Assembly (NCBI GenBank): GCA_030390025.1
Contig: CM059432.1
Span: forward strand, 150,538,001 to 150,602,000
DNA length: 64,000 bases
DNA from: Squalus acanthias
Lineage: Eukaryota
Direction of reading: 5' to 3'
Shown: positions 1 to 12,819 of the stretch, in pieces
Layout of the letters: each line of letters starts with the position of its first letter
How positions within the stretch are numbered: the first letter of the stretch is position 1
Notes under the pieces: generated by a model
What the model was told of the DNA's origin: nothing
Databases searched by the model: none
The model's input: only the letters and a program-made list of their open reading frames with translations
Position numbers and translations under genes: made by a program

Positions 1-3000
1 GACTGCCTCCCATTTGCTCCAACATCGAACAACGACCTTCCTTTGCTCACCAAGTATTCTAAAGTTTTTTTTCCCCCACTGTCTCGCTTTCCACACCCTC
101 CTCTTAACGATCACCCGATTGCCTGCCTGCTGTGGTATTCCCCAACTAATCTTCCTGGCCTGGTACGTGCTTCGGTTGCAAGCCACTCTCTTTGGTTCTT
201 TCCCACTGACTTTCCCACATGATGCCTCAGGCATTCCCAGGCGTTGAACATCTTCATGCCCCACTGGCTATCCTCTTAACTGCCTACCAGCTGATACTCC
301 TGCCCAATGCCTCAGCCCTCCTAGCCCCAGCCCCCAAGGCCCATATAGTTTACCTTCTACTATCCTGGTAGTTGCATGATACAATAATGAAGTTGTTAAT
401 ATACTAAATATATTTTATAAGTCAATTATTTCTCACTATAATTAACAAATATATTTCTGTTTAAATTTATCAAGTTGTATCTTCAGATCTATTATTATTA
501 ACCTGTACATTTTGACCGTGAACAATGCCATGGGAGGTAATCTAGTACTAAACAAATACATAGGCTTTTGGTCATATTTAGAGACTACTAAAAACTCATT
601 ATATGTTTAAAATCTTAATCTTAAGGAAAAGAGCCTTTGTATTGTCTATGTGTTATTTTTAAGTGCACTTGGGTTTTTTACTATACCCAATTACTGGAAT
701 TTGAACAGTGAATTGCCCAAATTAATTTTTTTTAAATTAACATATGGGACTCATTTTACAAGTTTTGTCATTTAAGAAAATATCACTATTTAATATCATG
801 CATTACTGTTTTGCAAGATAAATGTTTAAAATTCTACTCAAGACCCAAAGGATCCAAAATAGCCACAAACTTGAGCATTTCAGAGTTATGAACCTGTAGG
901 CCAGCTGAAATAATTAAGAACTTGTTTTTCTAAATTATGTTTTGGCAGTGACATATACAAGTGAATCTCATTTACAGCAGCTTTTTTTTTCTAATTTGCT
1001 TTGTCTTTTGACAGAAACGCATTATGGTTGATGGGAGCTTCAGATCAAGATTTCTGGTAACACATCTCTCGCTCCCAACCCCCGTACCCAATAGATTTCA
1101 CAATCTGTCTGCTGAAAAAAAACATGGAATTGTACAATTGATTTTCTTAAGAATTTTAATCTAGAAAATGAGACACATTCACAATAAGCGCACACCTGAG
1201 GAAGATTATTACTAAAACAGCCCGCTTAAAAAATAAATCAGTAAAGAAATTCAATGTCATTGCAAAGTACAGAAATGCATGTTTTAAATTCTGTTAACAA
1301 ACATGTATTTTTGTTTAATTTTTATCACAGTATTATATACTATTTTGATGCTTGCATTTTTCACAAATGAATGTTCACATGTGTGTGGAACACTCAAAAA
1401 GGTATTGGAAAAAACAAAGGAGTAAATCTTGCACGGTAATCACACCACTACACAGAAAGCTGCCATTGTCCCAATGCAACTCTGGTAAAAAGGAAATCAC
1501 ATATTTTGTTGAAAAGAAAATTCAATCTTTGATTAATGTATTAAGGTCACAAGTCAGTGAATATGGGAGAATAAACAGCCATGCTCTTGGTGTATTTGGC
1601 AAATTATCACAAAGCCAATTCTAAGATGTGACTCAGTGACTGTAGAAGGGTGAACAACATGATTGTTATAAGTAAGTTACACCCTTTATAACATAGAAGA
1701 TTTAAGATACAGTTATGCTGCAATCTGACTCTGCAGCACAGCTTGGGCTTGACACTGTGGTGCCAAGGCGGGTTAGAAATGTTGGACCTCCTGGGCACTT
1801 CATAAATCTGCACAGAGGTTTGGCAATGTTTTGAGAAAGTAGACCCTCTTGACTGTGCTTTCAAAACTCAAAATTGTGCTTTGTAGATTTACTGGCTGGG
1901 GAGTGGAACTCTGCACCTGGGTATACACACCCATACGGAGAGATCGCTCCTAGTTGGTAAGAGTGTAGTTTGCAGTCCCCAGTGTAATTTTGGTTCTGCT
2001 AGCTGTGCTTCCCATTCTGCACCTACCAAGCTCCCACCAGTAATGCACTCTAACTGTAGCATAAGAACAGTTGTGTTCTCATATCACCTTCTGTGGCTCG
2101 GTGTCAAAAGTGTTTGTTATTGATAGCGCCTTGAGACGGTTTGCTCCGTTAAATGTGCTAGATGAATGTACGTTGCTGCTGTTGTTGTGAGAATAGTGCT
2201 TTGGAAAACACTGCACAATTTGTAGGAAAAGCTCGCCTGCCAGCTGGCATCCCTGTAATAACCAATCCAGCTGCATTACAACTAAAGATATAAAATCACT
2301 GGTGCAGTCACAAAACTAAAATAAAACAGAGTAAACAACCCATAAAGTAAAAGATTTCATACTCACTCACCAATACCACCAGTTTTAGAGCTGTGCCAAC
2401 CAACTATTCTTCAGATACATTAAAACCATCTGAAAAAGGACAGTAAATAAGTCTGACAAAAACTGCAGTGTCTGGCACAGCAATGTGTTAATGAAATATT
2501 GAGCAAACCCACAACTTGTCCAGATTTAAAATTTACTGACAACACAGGGAAAATGTTATCAGTAAATTATCTTCTACACTCCTCACCCTAAGGCACCTTA
2601 GCTCTCAGTGCCTTGAGGAATTTCCTAACCCATTTTATCAATGCTTTCACATGCATTATTGAATCCTTCATTACCTGTTTCCTGTGTTAATTTTCTAAGA
2701 CCATCACAGTGGAAGTCACCTCAGATGGAGCATATAAGACATTTACATGAGGGCAAGAACTACAATTCTTAGGGGGAAAAATTCAGTTGGTTGCGCCTCC
2801 CGTTGGCGCCTTAAGAGGGCGCTAATGGGGCGCAAACCAACTAGCGCCCGGGCGCGGCGATGTTTGCGTCGCTCGCGAAATTAACTAGACATTTTGCGGC
2901 GGCACTAAACAATACCGCCCCGATCTTCTGCGCACGCAGATCTTGACGTCATACGAGGGTGCAATGCCCTTGTGGCGCCCCTGAGCGGAAATTGAGTGGC

Positions 3001-3133
3001 GCCCCCATCCTTTCCGCTTGGCGCAACCAACGACAGGAAGACTTGAACGCTCCCCAGTCGCTGTGGGGGCGCTATTTAAAGGGGGCCTCTCCCTGTCTTT
3101 CTCTGTGGTAGACATTTTTGCACCACTCGTTCT

Positions 3134-3175
3134 GAGAGAGAGAGAGAGAGAGAGAGAGAAAGAAAGAAAGAGAGA
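3134..3175 (+). repeat. (GA)n/(GAAA)n microsatellite in the Harbinger 5' region
   Basis: Direct reading. Confidence 0.95.
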
Positions 3176-3359
3176 CTTCTGCATTGAGTCGACGCTGTGT
3201 GAGATAGTTTTGGCTACTGATCATAACTTTGCAGGTACTTTGGTTTTTGACCTTCATAACTTTGATTGCCAAGAGATTGTGGGGGCTGCACTGATTGGGG
3301 GCATCGTCCTGCGCCACCAGAATCGGAGGACACAGAGACGCAGAGAAAGAGTGGCAATC

Positions 3360-4427
3360 ATGGCCAGACGGAGGAGGGCCAACAGGCCTCTGTACAGGAG
3401 ACCTTACCCTCCCAGGGTATTTCGCCAACAGTTCTCCTACATTCATTTGTCTGAGGAGCAGTGTTTGCGAAGGCTGCGCTTCAGCAAGGAGGCGGTCACT
3501 GAGCTCTGCCACCTGCTGCAGCCAGATCTGCAGCCTCAACTGAGGTCCAGGACGTCTCTGTCGGTGGCAGTGAAGATCACAGTGGCTCTGAACTTTTATG
3601 CCACCGGCTCATTTCAATAAGCTACTGGGGACATCGCCAATATCTCCCAGTTCGCGTTGCATTGCTGCATCCGTCAGGTCACAAATGCCCTCTATAAAAG
3701 GAGACGAGAGTACATCTCTTTCCCCATGACCCCGGACAAGCAGCAAGAACGCGCTCTGGGCTTTGCTAGGATAGCGGGCTTCCCCATGGTGCAGGGCGCC
3801 ATTGACTGCACGCATGTGGCTTTGCGTGCTCCGCATGAGAATGCCGAGGATTTCCGCAACAGAAAGGGGTTCCATTCCTTAAACGTTCAGTTGGTCTGTG
3901 ACCACAGACAGCTGATACTCGCTGTCAATGCCCACTATCCTGGCAGCAGCCACGATGCATTCATCCTGCGCCAGACTACTGTGGCAGAACTTTTCCAGGC
4001 ACCGCATCAGCCAGTTGGTTGGCTTCTCGGGGACGAGGGATATCCACTGTGCACCTGGCTGATGACACCGCTCCGTACGCCCAACACCCCTGCTGAGCTG
4101 CGGTACAACGAGAGCCATCTTGCTACCAGAAACATCGTTGAGCACGCAATCGGCGTGCTGAAGCAAGGGTTCCGCTGTCTGGACCAATCAAGAGGAGCCC
4201 TGCAGTACTCGCCTGAGCGAGTCTCCCTCTTCGTAGTTGTGTGCTGCATGCTGCATAACCTGGCAATCCTCAGGACCCAGCCAATGCCACCAGGCCTTGG
4301 AGCACCACCAGAGTAGGAGGAGGAAGAGGAGGAGGATGATCAGCAGCAGCACCAAGGCGGGAGGGAGGCCCACAATGTAGAAACTGGAAGGGCCGTCCGT
4401 CAACGTCTGATAGCAAGCCGCTTCTAG
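3360..4427 (+). pseudogene. HARBI1-like DDE_Tnp_4 transposase with two in-frame stops
   Basis: ORFs 3018-3620 and 3657-4316 share one frame. Motifs ALNFYATGSFQ, GAIDCTHV, NRKGFHSLNVQLVCD, YPGSSHDAFIL, WLLGDEGY, TRNIVEHAIGVLK, CCMLHN. Stops at 3618-3620 (TAA) and 4314-4316 (TAG); the frame continues through an acidic run to RQRLIASRF* at 4425-4427. True start may be near 3279. Confidence 0.92.
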
Positions 4428-4716
4428 GCCCCTGCTGAGGAAATGGCTTCTGCCATTGGGAACAACATGAATTAAACCAACCCGCAACCCCTAAGCCGGC
4501 CAAGGCAGCAATGATTCCAAAGACCAAACATGTACATTTTGAATGCAAAAACTTATTTATTTTACAAACTCTGTGTGTGTCATTTCCTCATGACAAAAAA
4601 AGTCATTAACATAACTGGTTCTCACAACCTGGAGATAATGTCCAAAACACTAAACAAAAGTTTGACCACGAACCTCGGCCTTTAATAAAAAAATGACCAA
4701 CATTTTGTCACAGCTC

Positions 4717-6473
4717 CTACTTTTTGCCCTTCGAGGGTGATCTCCTTCCCTTGCGCACTTCCCCCCTTCCCACCCTACTGCTCCTCCGTAATGGGACCTC
4801 AGTGGCTGCAGCAAGGCTGGTGGAAGGCTGTTGATTGACAGAATCTGAGACTGCAGATGCCCTTGAAGGACGGCCTCGACCAGCTCTGGGCCTGGAGGGC
4901 CCGGCTGCAGACTGCACCAACTCTGCATGGGCGGCAGCAGTCTGTCCTACAGGCGGTGGCAAGTGCAGTGGAGAAGTGACAGTGGTGGCCACAGGAATGC
5001 TGTCATCTTGAGAGAGGACAGCAACTCCCTGCTCAACCGACACACTGGCACTCCCACGGGGCAGCACTTCAGCATCCGGAGCAATCTGCTGGAGCACAGA
5101 TTGCTGGCCTGCTGCGGCGCGGTGAGAGCCCCGGGGAAATGTGTACGAACCAGCGAGGATGGCAGCAGTCAGTGCTTGCGTGGCCTCAATCTGAGTCTGC
5201 ATGAGAGCTGTCAGAGATGGGGTCATGGCAGCCAGTGACTGAATTGCAGCACTAAACATTTGTGTGGCATCTGCCTGTGCTGCAGCGAAGTGCTCCACAC
5301 TCCTTGCCAGTGATTCAATGCATTCGGGCACCCTTCCCACTGCACCCATGAGCTCAGTGTGCATGTCCACCGCCTGGGTGTTCATTTCAGCGATCAGCCG
5401 CTCCTCCTCTGCATCCAGTGCAGTAGGACTCGCTGGCATACTCTCCCTCCGGGGAGAAAGCGCCCGAGCTTCCCTACCCCCATCGCGTTGCTGCAGCCCG
5501 CTGGGTCCTGGAGCTTCACCCTCATCAGACCCTTCCCCCCTGCTCCCCTCCAGGGAAGGCGTGCTCCCAGTGTGGGCATGGGCTTCCTCGGGAGAGGGTG
5601 GCGCTGATGCTCCGGCTTCCTCTTCCTCCTCGCCTGCAGCTTCACACCCACTGGCAGCTTGAGGGCCCGTCTCCTAAGCTGGTGAATCACCATCTGAAAG
5701 CAGGGAGGTACAAGAGTGGCTTTAGCGTGAGGACAGGGGGGCAGTAAGGGAGGAATGAGTGCAGCGATTTAGTAGGTTGGATTGAAAGTGTCAAAGGCTG
5801 GTGTTGTGAGGGACAAGTGGAAGGAGAGAGAGGACAAAAAGTTGATGACCTTACCATTGCTGTCCAGAGTGGGGTCGGCCTCTCCAGTGGCGACGGGACC
5901 AATCACCCGGCTTGCCACAATCCTGTGGACGCGCGCCTCAAGATCGCTGAGGGGTTGCAGCTGAGGCCACCCTCCACCCGTCCGTTGCTGCTGTCTCCTA
6001 TTATGAGATAGCTTGGCCTGCAAGAAAAAGGACGGCGTCTGAGTAAATATACAGCCATGGTCTTGCCTGATGTGCCTCCCATAGGTGAATAGCCCTTAGT
6101 GTGGAATGTGCGTGTGTGTTTCATGAGAGGGCCATAGGTGTCGGATGAGTGTTGGGCATTGGGGTTTTAAGACCCTCTGGCCATAGAGTGAGGTTGAAAT
6201 GGAGGGATGGAGAGGTATTGAAAAAAAGCCACTCACCTTGACGACCCGAGTGAGGTCATTGAACTTTTTGCGACTTTGAGTATGGGTCCTGGGCACCATG
6301 CTCCTGGAGGAGACGCTCTGAGCCACCTCCCTCCACACTCTTTTGTACTCGCGCGGCAAAGGCCTCCTGCCACTCTCAGGGAAGAGTATAGATTTTCTGC
6401 GCTCCACCGCGCCAACCGGAGCATCCAAGGCCCGCTCGCTGAAGCGTTGAGCTCGTTCTCTCACCCTCTCCAT
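4717..6473 (-). pseudogene. Harbinger Myb/SANT-like DNA-binding protein, 3 exons (6473-6237, 6017-5855, 5693-4717), one premature stop
   Basis: Exon 1 has RAQRFSERAL..WREVA..RTHTQSRKKFNDL. Splice sites AAG|GTGAGT, TTGCAG|GCC, ATG|GTAAGG and TTTCAG|ATG have compatible phases (0, 1). Exon 3 is in frame with ORF 4717-5439 except for TAG at 5676-5674. Confidence 0.88.
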
Positions 6474-6842
6474 AGTCCTTGGCTGGAAGATTTAGGCACA
6501 GGTCTCTCCAGGCCGAGATTCAAGGCTCCAATGAGCAGGGTGTGGCTGGAGAGCAACATCGACCCTCCCCTTTAAGAACTGTCCGGCGCCAGTGTGTCTG
6601 TGTTCCATCGCTAACGGACAGCACCTGCGCTGTGCCCGCGCTGAGTTAGCGCCTCGCTCCTCGGCCTTTGCGCCTTAAGACAGATGTGTAGCGCCTGATT
6701 TAGCGCTCCAATCACCTCCAGGGGCGATAAAAGTCAAGTTTGCAGTCGGAGGCGATAATTAGCACCAGGCGCGAATCTTTGCGCCCCAAATGGGGCGATA
6801 CTGAATTTCTCCCCCTTAAAGTTTAAAAATAAAGACTTGAAA

Positions 6843-7161
6843 AAAGAAAGTCTTGCATTTCTACAGCGCCTTTCACGACCACCGGACGTCCCAAAGCACT
6901 TTACAGCCAATGAAGTACTTTTTGAAGTGTAGTCACTGTTGTAATGTAGGAAACGCAGCAGCCAATTTGTGCACAGCAAGCTCCCACAAACAGCAATGTG
7001 ATAATGACCAGATAATCTGATTTAGTGATGTTGATTGAGGGATAATTATTGGCCAGGACACTGGAGATAACGCCCATACTCTTCTTCAAAATAGTGCTAT
7101 GGGATCTTTTACATCCACCTGAGACAGCAGACAGAGCCTCGGTTTAACGTCTCATCCGAAA
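6843..7161 (-). mobile_element. DeuSINE (SacSINE1-like), 5'-truncated
   Basis: Homologous to copies at 24112, 37225 and 61420; tail gcgctgtagaaatgcaagactttctt on the minus strand. Confidence 0.75.
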
Positions 7162-7341
7162 TACAATGCACCAAGGATGTTTTACTTCAAAGCTGAATTT
7201 CAAAGCATTGCATAACAGTAAGTCAATAGCTTTGTATAGCCAAGTGCTGTGTTACACATCAGTACGAGCAACATTTATACTGTGCTTCTCCACACAGTGA
7301 AATTAGCAACAGATAGCCCATCACTGCAAAGGAAAGTCAAT

Positions 7342-8066
7342 GGCCTGGAAATTGCAGTCGGAGGCTTGCCGCCTGCGTACGCCTCCGAACTGCAAGAAAA
7401 CTACATACTTATCTGGTGTTTCGGACTCTTGCGGTCCTGGGCCTGCAGGCGCCGCCTACGTAAAGGCCCACGGATCCCAGGGGCGCATGCAGTTCGCAAG
7501 CGTTCCTGGGATCACGTGGGCCAGGCCAACCAATGACAAAGGGGGATTCCTATTATGCTTATGGGAATTCCATTTACGTACAGAATCCCCTTAAGCATAA
7601 TAAGAATCACCTAATAAATAACATTTCACAACACTGAAATAAAAATAAATGATCACAGGTTCAAAATTAATTAAAATACCCAATAATTAAACTTTTAAAA
7701 TAAAAATTTAATTTTTTGATAAATAAATTTAAACATTTTTAAACGGAACAAAAATAACGTAAACTAATTTTAAATGCAAGTGAATGTTTAAATCATTTAA
7801 AAAAAATTATTTTAACATTTATTTTAACACTTACGCTGGTAAAAGGCGGCCTTACACCTGCTTTTTGCAGGCTTAAGGGTTTGGTGGGTACTCGCTGGGC
7901 AAATAGCCTAACTCTGTGCCAGCAAAAGTGAATTCCCAGCGGATGAGTCCGATCTGTCAAGGAGAAACTTGACAGATCGCAAGTTCCGGGTTTTTGCGCA
8001 TGCTCATCGCAGGCGGAAACCCGGAGTTTGCGGGGCCTTTCACAGCACTTACGACAGCGTACGCTG
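7342..8066. mobile_element. Harbinger-type MITE, one end missing; inverted relative of 16134-16896
   Basis: Starts aat|GGCCTGGAAATTGCAGTCGGAGGCTTGCCGC, resembling the reverse complement of the 16896 end; AT-rich core. Confidence 0.7.
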
Positions 8067-8816
8067 AATGATACAGAGCATATACACCATCTTCCAACTT
8101 ATGAAATGATACCAAGTACATTTAAGCTCCTCTACAAACTGAGAAGCATGGAAAATTAATTCGGTACCTTAAAGCGGTAACTTTACGAAATCGCACCCTG
8201 CTTTGAAACTTCACCCATTCGGTCTGCATATCAAGAATTCAGCTGCACGCCCAATAAGTGAAGAATGGGCAGCAAATCGTGGGAAACGCATCTCCAAATT
8301 CCTGATTGCATGCTCCCAACAGGTGATGCTCTATCCTGGGAGCTAAATTTTGTAAAATTACTGCATTATTCTCGGTTCCTTTATAGCCAAGCCTCTCTGC
8401 AGCAGACCATAAACTAAGGCCATCAGAGAGCCCACTCAAACAAGCTTCAATAAGACCAAAAGGCTAAAGAGGGAAACACAGCTGAACTAGCCTCAGTGTC
8501 ACCGGAAAGCTGCATTCTGTCTGCACTGGGAAGAATCACTGCATTGCCATGAGCCAAGTGCAAAACAAATCACCAGCAAGTCCAGCAGAACCATCAGAGC
8601 CACAGCAAGGGCACAGGTCACAGTCCATACAAGTCCTAAGACAGAAGGAAAGGCAGCAGCTAAATGCATAAATATTTAAACATTCAATTGAAGCAGTTTA
8701 TATTCTATTATGTGTGCATAAGGAAAAAATTGCTTTGCTCTCAATTAACAGTTTTGATCACTATTACTTTTGCTCTATCCAAACCTGGGGCAAATATAAG
8801 AAGCAACAGCTACCTT

Positions 8817-11800
8817 GGGGGCTAAATTCGATAGCCCCCGAAAACAGGCATAGGATTACACAGGATATACGGCACAGAAACAGGCCATTCGGCCCAACCA
8901 GTCCATGCCGGCGTTTATGCTCCACTCGAGCCTCCTCCCGTCTTTCCCCATCTAAATCTATCAGCATAACCCTCTATTCCCTTCTCCCTCATATGCTTGT
9001 CTAGCCTCCCCTTAAATGCATCTATACTATTCGCTTCAACCACTCCCTGTGGTAGCGAGTTCCACATTCTCACCACTCTCTGGGTAAAGAAGTTTCTTCT
9101 GAATTCCCTATTGGATTTTTGGTGACTATCTTAAATTGATGGCCTCTAGTTATGCTCTTCCCCACAAGTGGAAATATTCTCTCTCTATCCACTCTATCAA
9201 AATTTTTCATAATTTTAAAGACCTCTATTAGGTCACCCCTCAGCCTTCTTTTTTCAAGGGAAAAGAGACCCAGCCTGTTCATCCTTTCCTGATATGTATA
9301 CCTTTGCATTTCTGTATCATCCTTGTAAATCTTCTCTGCACCCTCTCCAGTGCCTCTATATTCTTTTTATAATATGGCAACCAGAACTGTACGCAGTACT
9401 CCAAATGTGGTCTAACCAAGATTCAATACAGGTTTAGCATAACTTCCCTACTTTTCAATTCTTTTCCTCTAGAAATAAACCCTAGTGCGTGGTTTGCCTT
9501 TTTTATGGCCTTGCTAACCTGCATCGCAACTTTTAGTGATTTGTGTATTTGTACTCCGATATCCCTTTGCTCCTCTACCCCACCTAGACTCGCACCCTCC
9601 AAGTGATAAGTGACCTCCCCTATTCTTCCTACCAAAATGTAATACCTCACATTTATCTGTGTTGAACTTCATTTGCCAATTATATGCCCATTCTGCAAGT
9701 TTATTAATGTCCTCCTGTAACTTGTTGCAGTCCTCCTCAGTATTGACTATCCCCCCCAATTTGGTGTCATCCGCAAATTTAGAAATTGTGTTTTTGATTC
9801 CTGAGTCTAAATCGTTAATGTAAATTGTGAACAGCAGTGGTCCCAGCACTGATCCTTGTGGAACACCACTTCTGCCACTGTGAATAGCTACCCTTTACTC
9901 CTACTCTCTGCTTTCTGTCCTGAAGCCAGCCAGCAATCCATTCTGCTACTTGTCCCCTGACTCCGCATTCTCTGACCTTGTTCATCAGTCTATTATGGGG
10001 TACCTTATCGAAGGCCTTTTGAAAATCTAGATAAATTACATCTACTGCATCACCATTGTCCACTCTCTCTGCTACCTCTTCAAAAAAATCCAATAAGGTT
10101 GGTCAAGCAAGACTTTCCCTTTTGAAATCCATGTTGACTATTCATTATTATATTTTTGGTTTCTAGATTTCTTCTATTTTCCCCTTTAGTAGGGATTCCA
10201 TTATTTTTCCTATCACTGATGTTAAGCTGACTGGTCTATAATTCCCTGGACATGTTCTATCCCCCTTCTTAAATATCGGTATTACGTTAGCTATCCGCCA
10301 GTCCTCTGGCACTATACCTTTTTTTAACAAATTATTAAATATGCGTAGTACTGCCTCTGCTATCTCTTCCCTAGATTCTTTTAAAATGCGGGGATGCAAT
10401 CCATCCGGACCAGGGGTTTTATCCTCGGAGTTTGATTAATTTATTTAATATATCCCATTTTTAAAAAAAAATTTAAATGCACTTATATCATTACTAATCT
10501 CATCATCCAATGTCATGTTCCATTTCCCTGGTAAATACTGAAGCAAAGTAATTATTTAATATTTCTGCCATCTCTCTATCGTTACCTGTGGTATTGTCCT
10601 GACTATCCCTTAATGGCCCTATTCCCATCCCAACATTCCTTTTTTTATTGATGTGCCGATAAAATATTTTACTATTTTGTTTTATGTTCCTTGATAATTT
10701 AATTTCATAGTTCCTCTTTGCCTCCCTAATTGTTTTTTTGACTTCTCTCCTAATCTTTTCGTATTCTGTCTTATTGTGCACTCCCCTGCTGTGTGTATTT
10801 AATGTATGCCTCTGGCACTGGGATCGTGATGCACGATTAACCCATGCCCGCTGATCGCAATGCAGACAGCACGGCAACTTTGTGCTGCCTGCTCATTTCC
10901 ATGATTTCAGCGTGCAGCCAGCGCTAACCGCACTGTTCATTGGTTGCACACATCAGCAGGGGGCCCAAAGTTGTTAGTTGCTTGTACCAGTTGAAGCTAG
11001 CCTGCACTGCTTAAGCTTGCCTGCACCGCTTAAAGGGGAGGTGCATTGTGGCTGGAGCAGGAGCTGGCAGTCGATCAGGAAGTCAACCTGACCTGGGAAA
11101 CAGTGAAGAATGGCACAACATGGGAGAGAGCAGGCTCCAAGGTTTTCAGACGCACAATGAAATACTTGGTGCATTGAGAAGCCTACCAGAAAGCGTGTGT
11201 GCAATGTCGAGGAGCATGAAGGAGTCCAGCACCAACTTGGCACAGGGCTTTGCGCAGAGCATGGAGCCCATCCTTTCCAGCATGGAAGTGGTGGCCAACT
11301 CCATTAGCAAACTTGTGGACCCACCCATGATGCAGCGTCTGATGGACAATGTCTCAACTTCCATTGCAGCACAAGCAACAGCCACCTAATGTCTGAGTGC
11401 TGCCATGCAAGCTCAGACTGCTGCCATCTTGGCTGTGGATTAGTGTGCAAAGGGGCTTGCAGGGTCTCGCAGCAGTCCAGCAATCTGTCCTCCAACAGAT
11501 TACTAGCATTGCTGAGGCACCACACCTTAGGGGAGTGGCAGTGGCTCCGTGGAGCACGAACCTGCAGTCCTCTCAGGATGACAGCATTTATCCTCCCACC
11601 ACAGCCACTCCACCAGTGCCAGCCAGCCTAGACTGCTGCCGCCCATTCAGAGATGGTGCAGTCCGCAGCCGGGCCTTCTAGGCCTAGAGCTGCTGGAGGT
11701 CATCTGCAGTCTCCTCCACTGAAAGGCAGCAGCCTTCCACTAGTAATGCTGCAACCACTGGAGGAGCACTGTGTAGGAGCACTAAGACAGGCAAAGGCAC

Positions 11801-12819
11801 AGGGAACACAGGCACGAAGGGAATGCACAAGGGTGATTAGTTTACGTTTGTATGCAATATGGCATCATTTAATTTATAAAATTGGTTTGGAATGTTTATT
11901 TAGTGCTGGCTTGTGACGCTGTGATGGTCAGTGACAAACAGAAGGTAAGGTGTGGGACTGTTGGTGAATGGGGAATTGGGGTTGCGGTTACTGGTATCGC
12001 ACTTGGATGAGTTCTTCACGGACAGCCCGGGCAGAAAGGGACTGTCTATGTTGCTTCTTCCTCTTCGTCCTCCTCCTCAGCTGGTCACCGTATAGCTGGT
12101 GGCAAGGGCTGTGCCCTCATGATAGCGAGATTGTGCAGCATGCAGCAGACCACTACGAATCTTGACACCTGCTCTGCCGAGTACTACAGAGCTCCTCCAG
12201 AGCGATCCAGGCAGCAGAAGCGTTGCTTCAACACACCAATGGTCTGCTCTAGCACATTTTGTGAGGCAGCATGGCTTTCATTGTATGAATACTGCGCACG
12301 TGTGCGTGGGGTGCACACCGGAGTCACGAGCCATGTCATCAGCGGATAACCCTTGTCGCCCAGTAACCACCCTTTGGTTTGTTGTGGTGGCTCAAATGCA
12401 GATGGCACTGTGGACTGCTGCAGAATGAAGGCATCATGACTGCGGCCATGATACCGGGCATTGACCTACATGATTCGCTGCCTATGGTTGCACACCAGCT
12501 GGTGGGGGCTCCCTCCTCCTGCTGCTGCTGAACGTGTGTTCAGCTGTGCGAGGTTAAGAGAGGGTGTTAGCTGGAGCATTGTGCTCCGAAATGGCACCGC
12601 TGGTGTCAAATCAGTGATGCACGCTGACTGACATCATGATCTGCCTGCTCTGCATACTTCTGGTGGACGTTCACTGCACGTGCTAAAACCCTCACCAATA
12701 TGGTGTTCGGCACAATTCACCCCACAAATGTGTGCTTGCACCTTGGACGCCATTTTGGAGCTCTAAGGGCACTCGCAGCACCCAAAAAACGGGCACTAAT
12801 GATCTGAATTTTGCGCCCC
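8817..12819 (-). mobile_element. Internally deleted Harbinger element, interrupted by a CR1 LINE
   Basis: TIR-like GGGGGCTAAATTC at 8817 and GAATTTTGCGCCCC ending 12819. Myb-gene remnant on + (about 11120-11830) and transposase C-terminal remnant on - (about 12500-11990; GWLLGDKGYPLMTWL, QNVLEQTIGVLKQRF). Left boundary less certain. Confidence 0.75.
8851..10777 (-). mobile_element. CR1 (HER1-like) LINE, 5'-truncated and frameshifted
   Basis: RT fragments NYRPVSLTS, YLDFQKAFDKVPH, KFADDTKLGG, LFSLEKRRLRGDLIE; typical 3' UTR. Confidence 0.93.

Larger units (their letters stand above)
2772..6815 (+). mobile_element. Full-length PIF/Harbinger DNA transposon (transposase + Myb/SANT gene), inactivated by nonsense mutations
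   Basis: TIRs GGGGGAAAAATTCAGT (2772-2787) and ACTGAATTTCTCCCCC (6800-6815), 15/16 match; TTA TSD at 2769-2771 and 6816-6818; two convergent genes inside. Confidence 0.95.

Noticed and set aside
1015..1057. Plus-strand micro-exon after a strong polypyrimidine tract
   Set aside because: Weak donor and no supporting neighbouring exons.
3360..4427. Domesticated HARBI1 gene
   Set aside because: It lies inside TIRs with a Myb partner and has stop codons.
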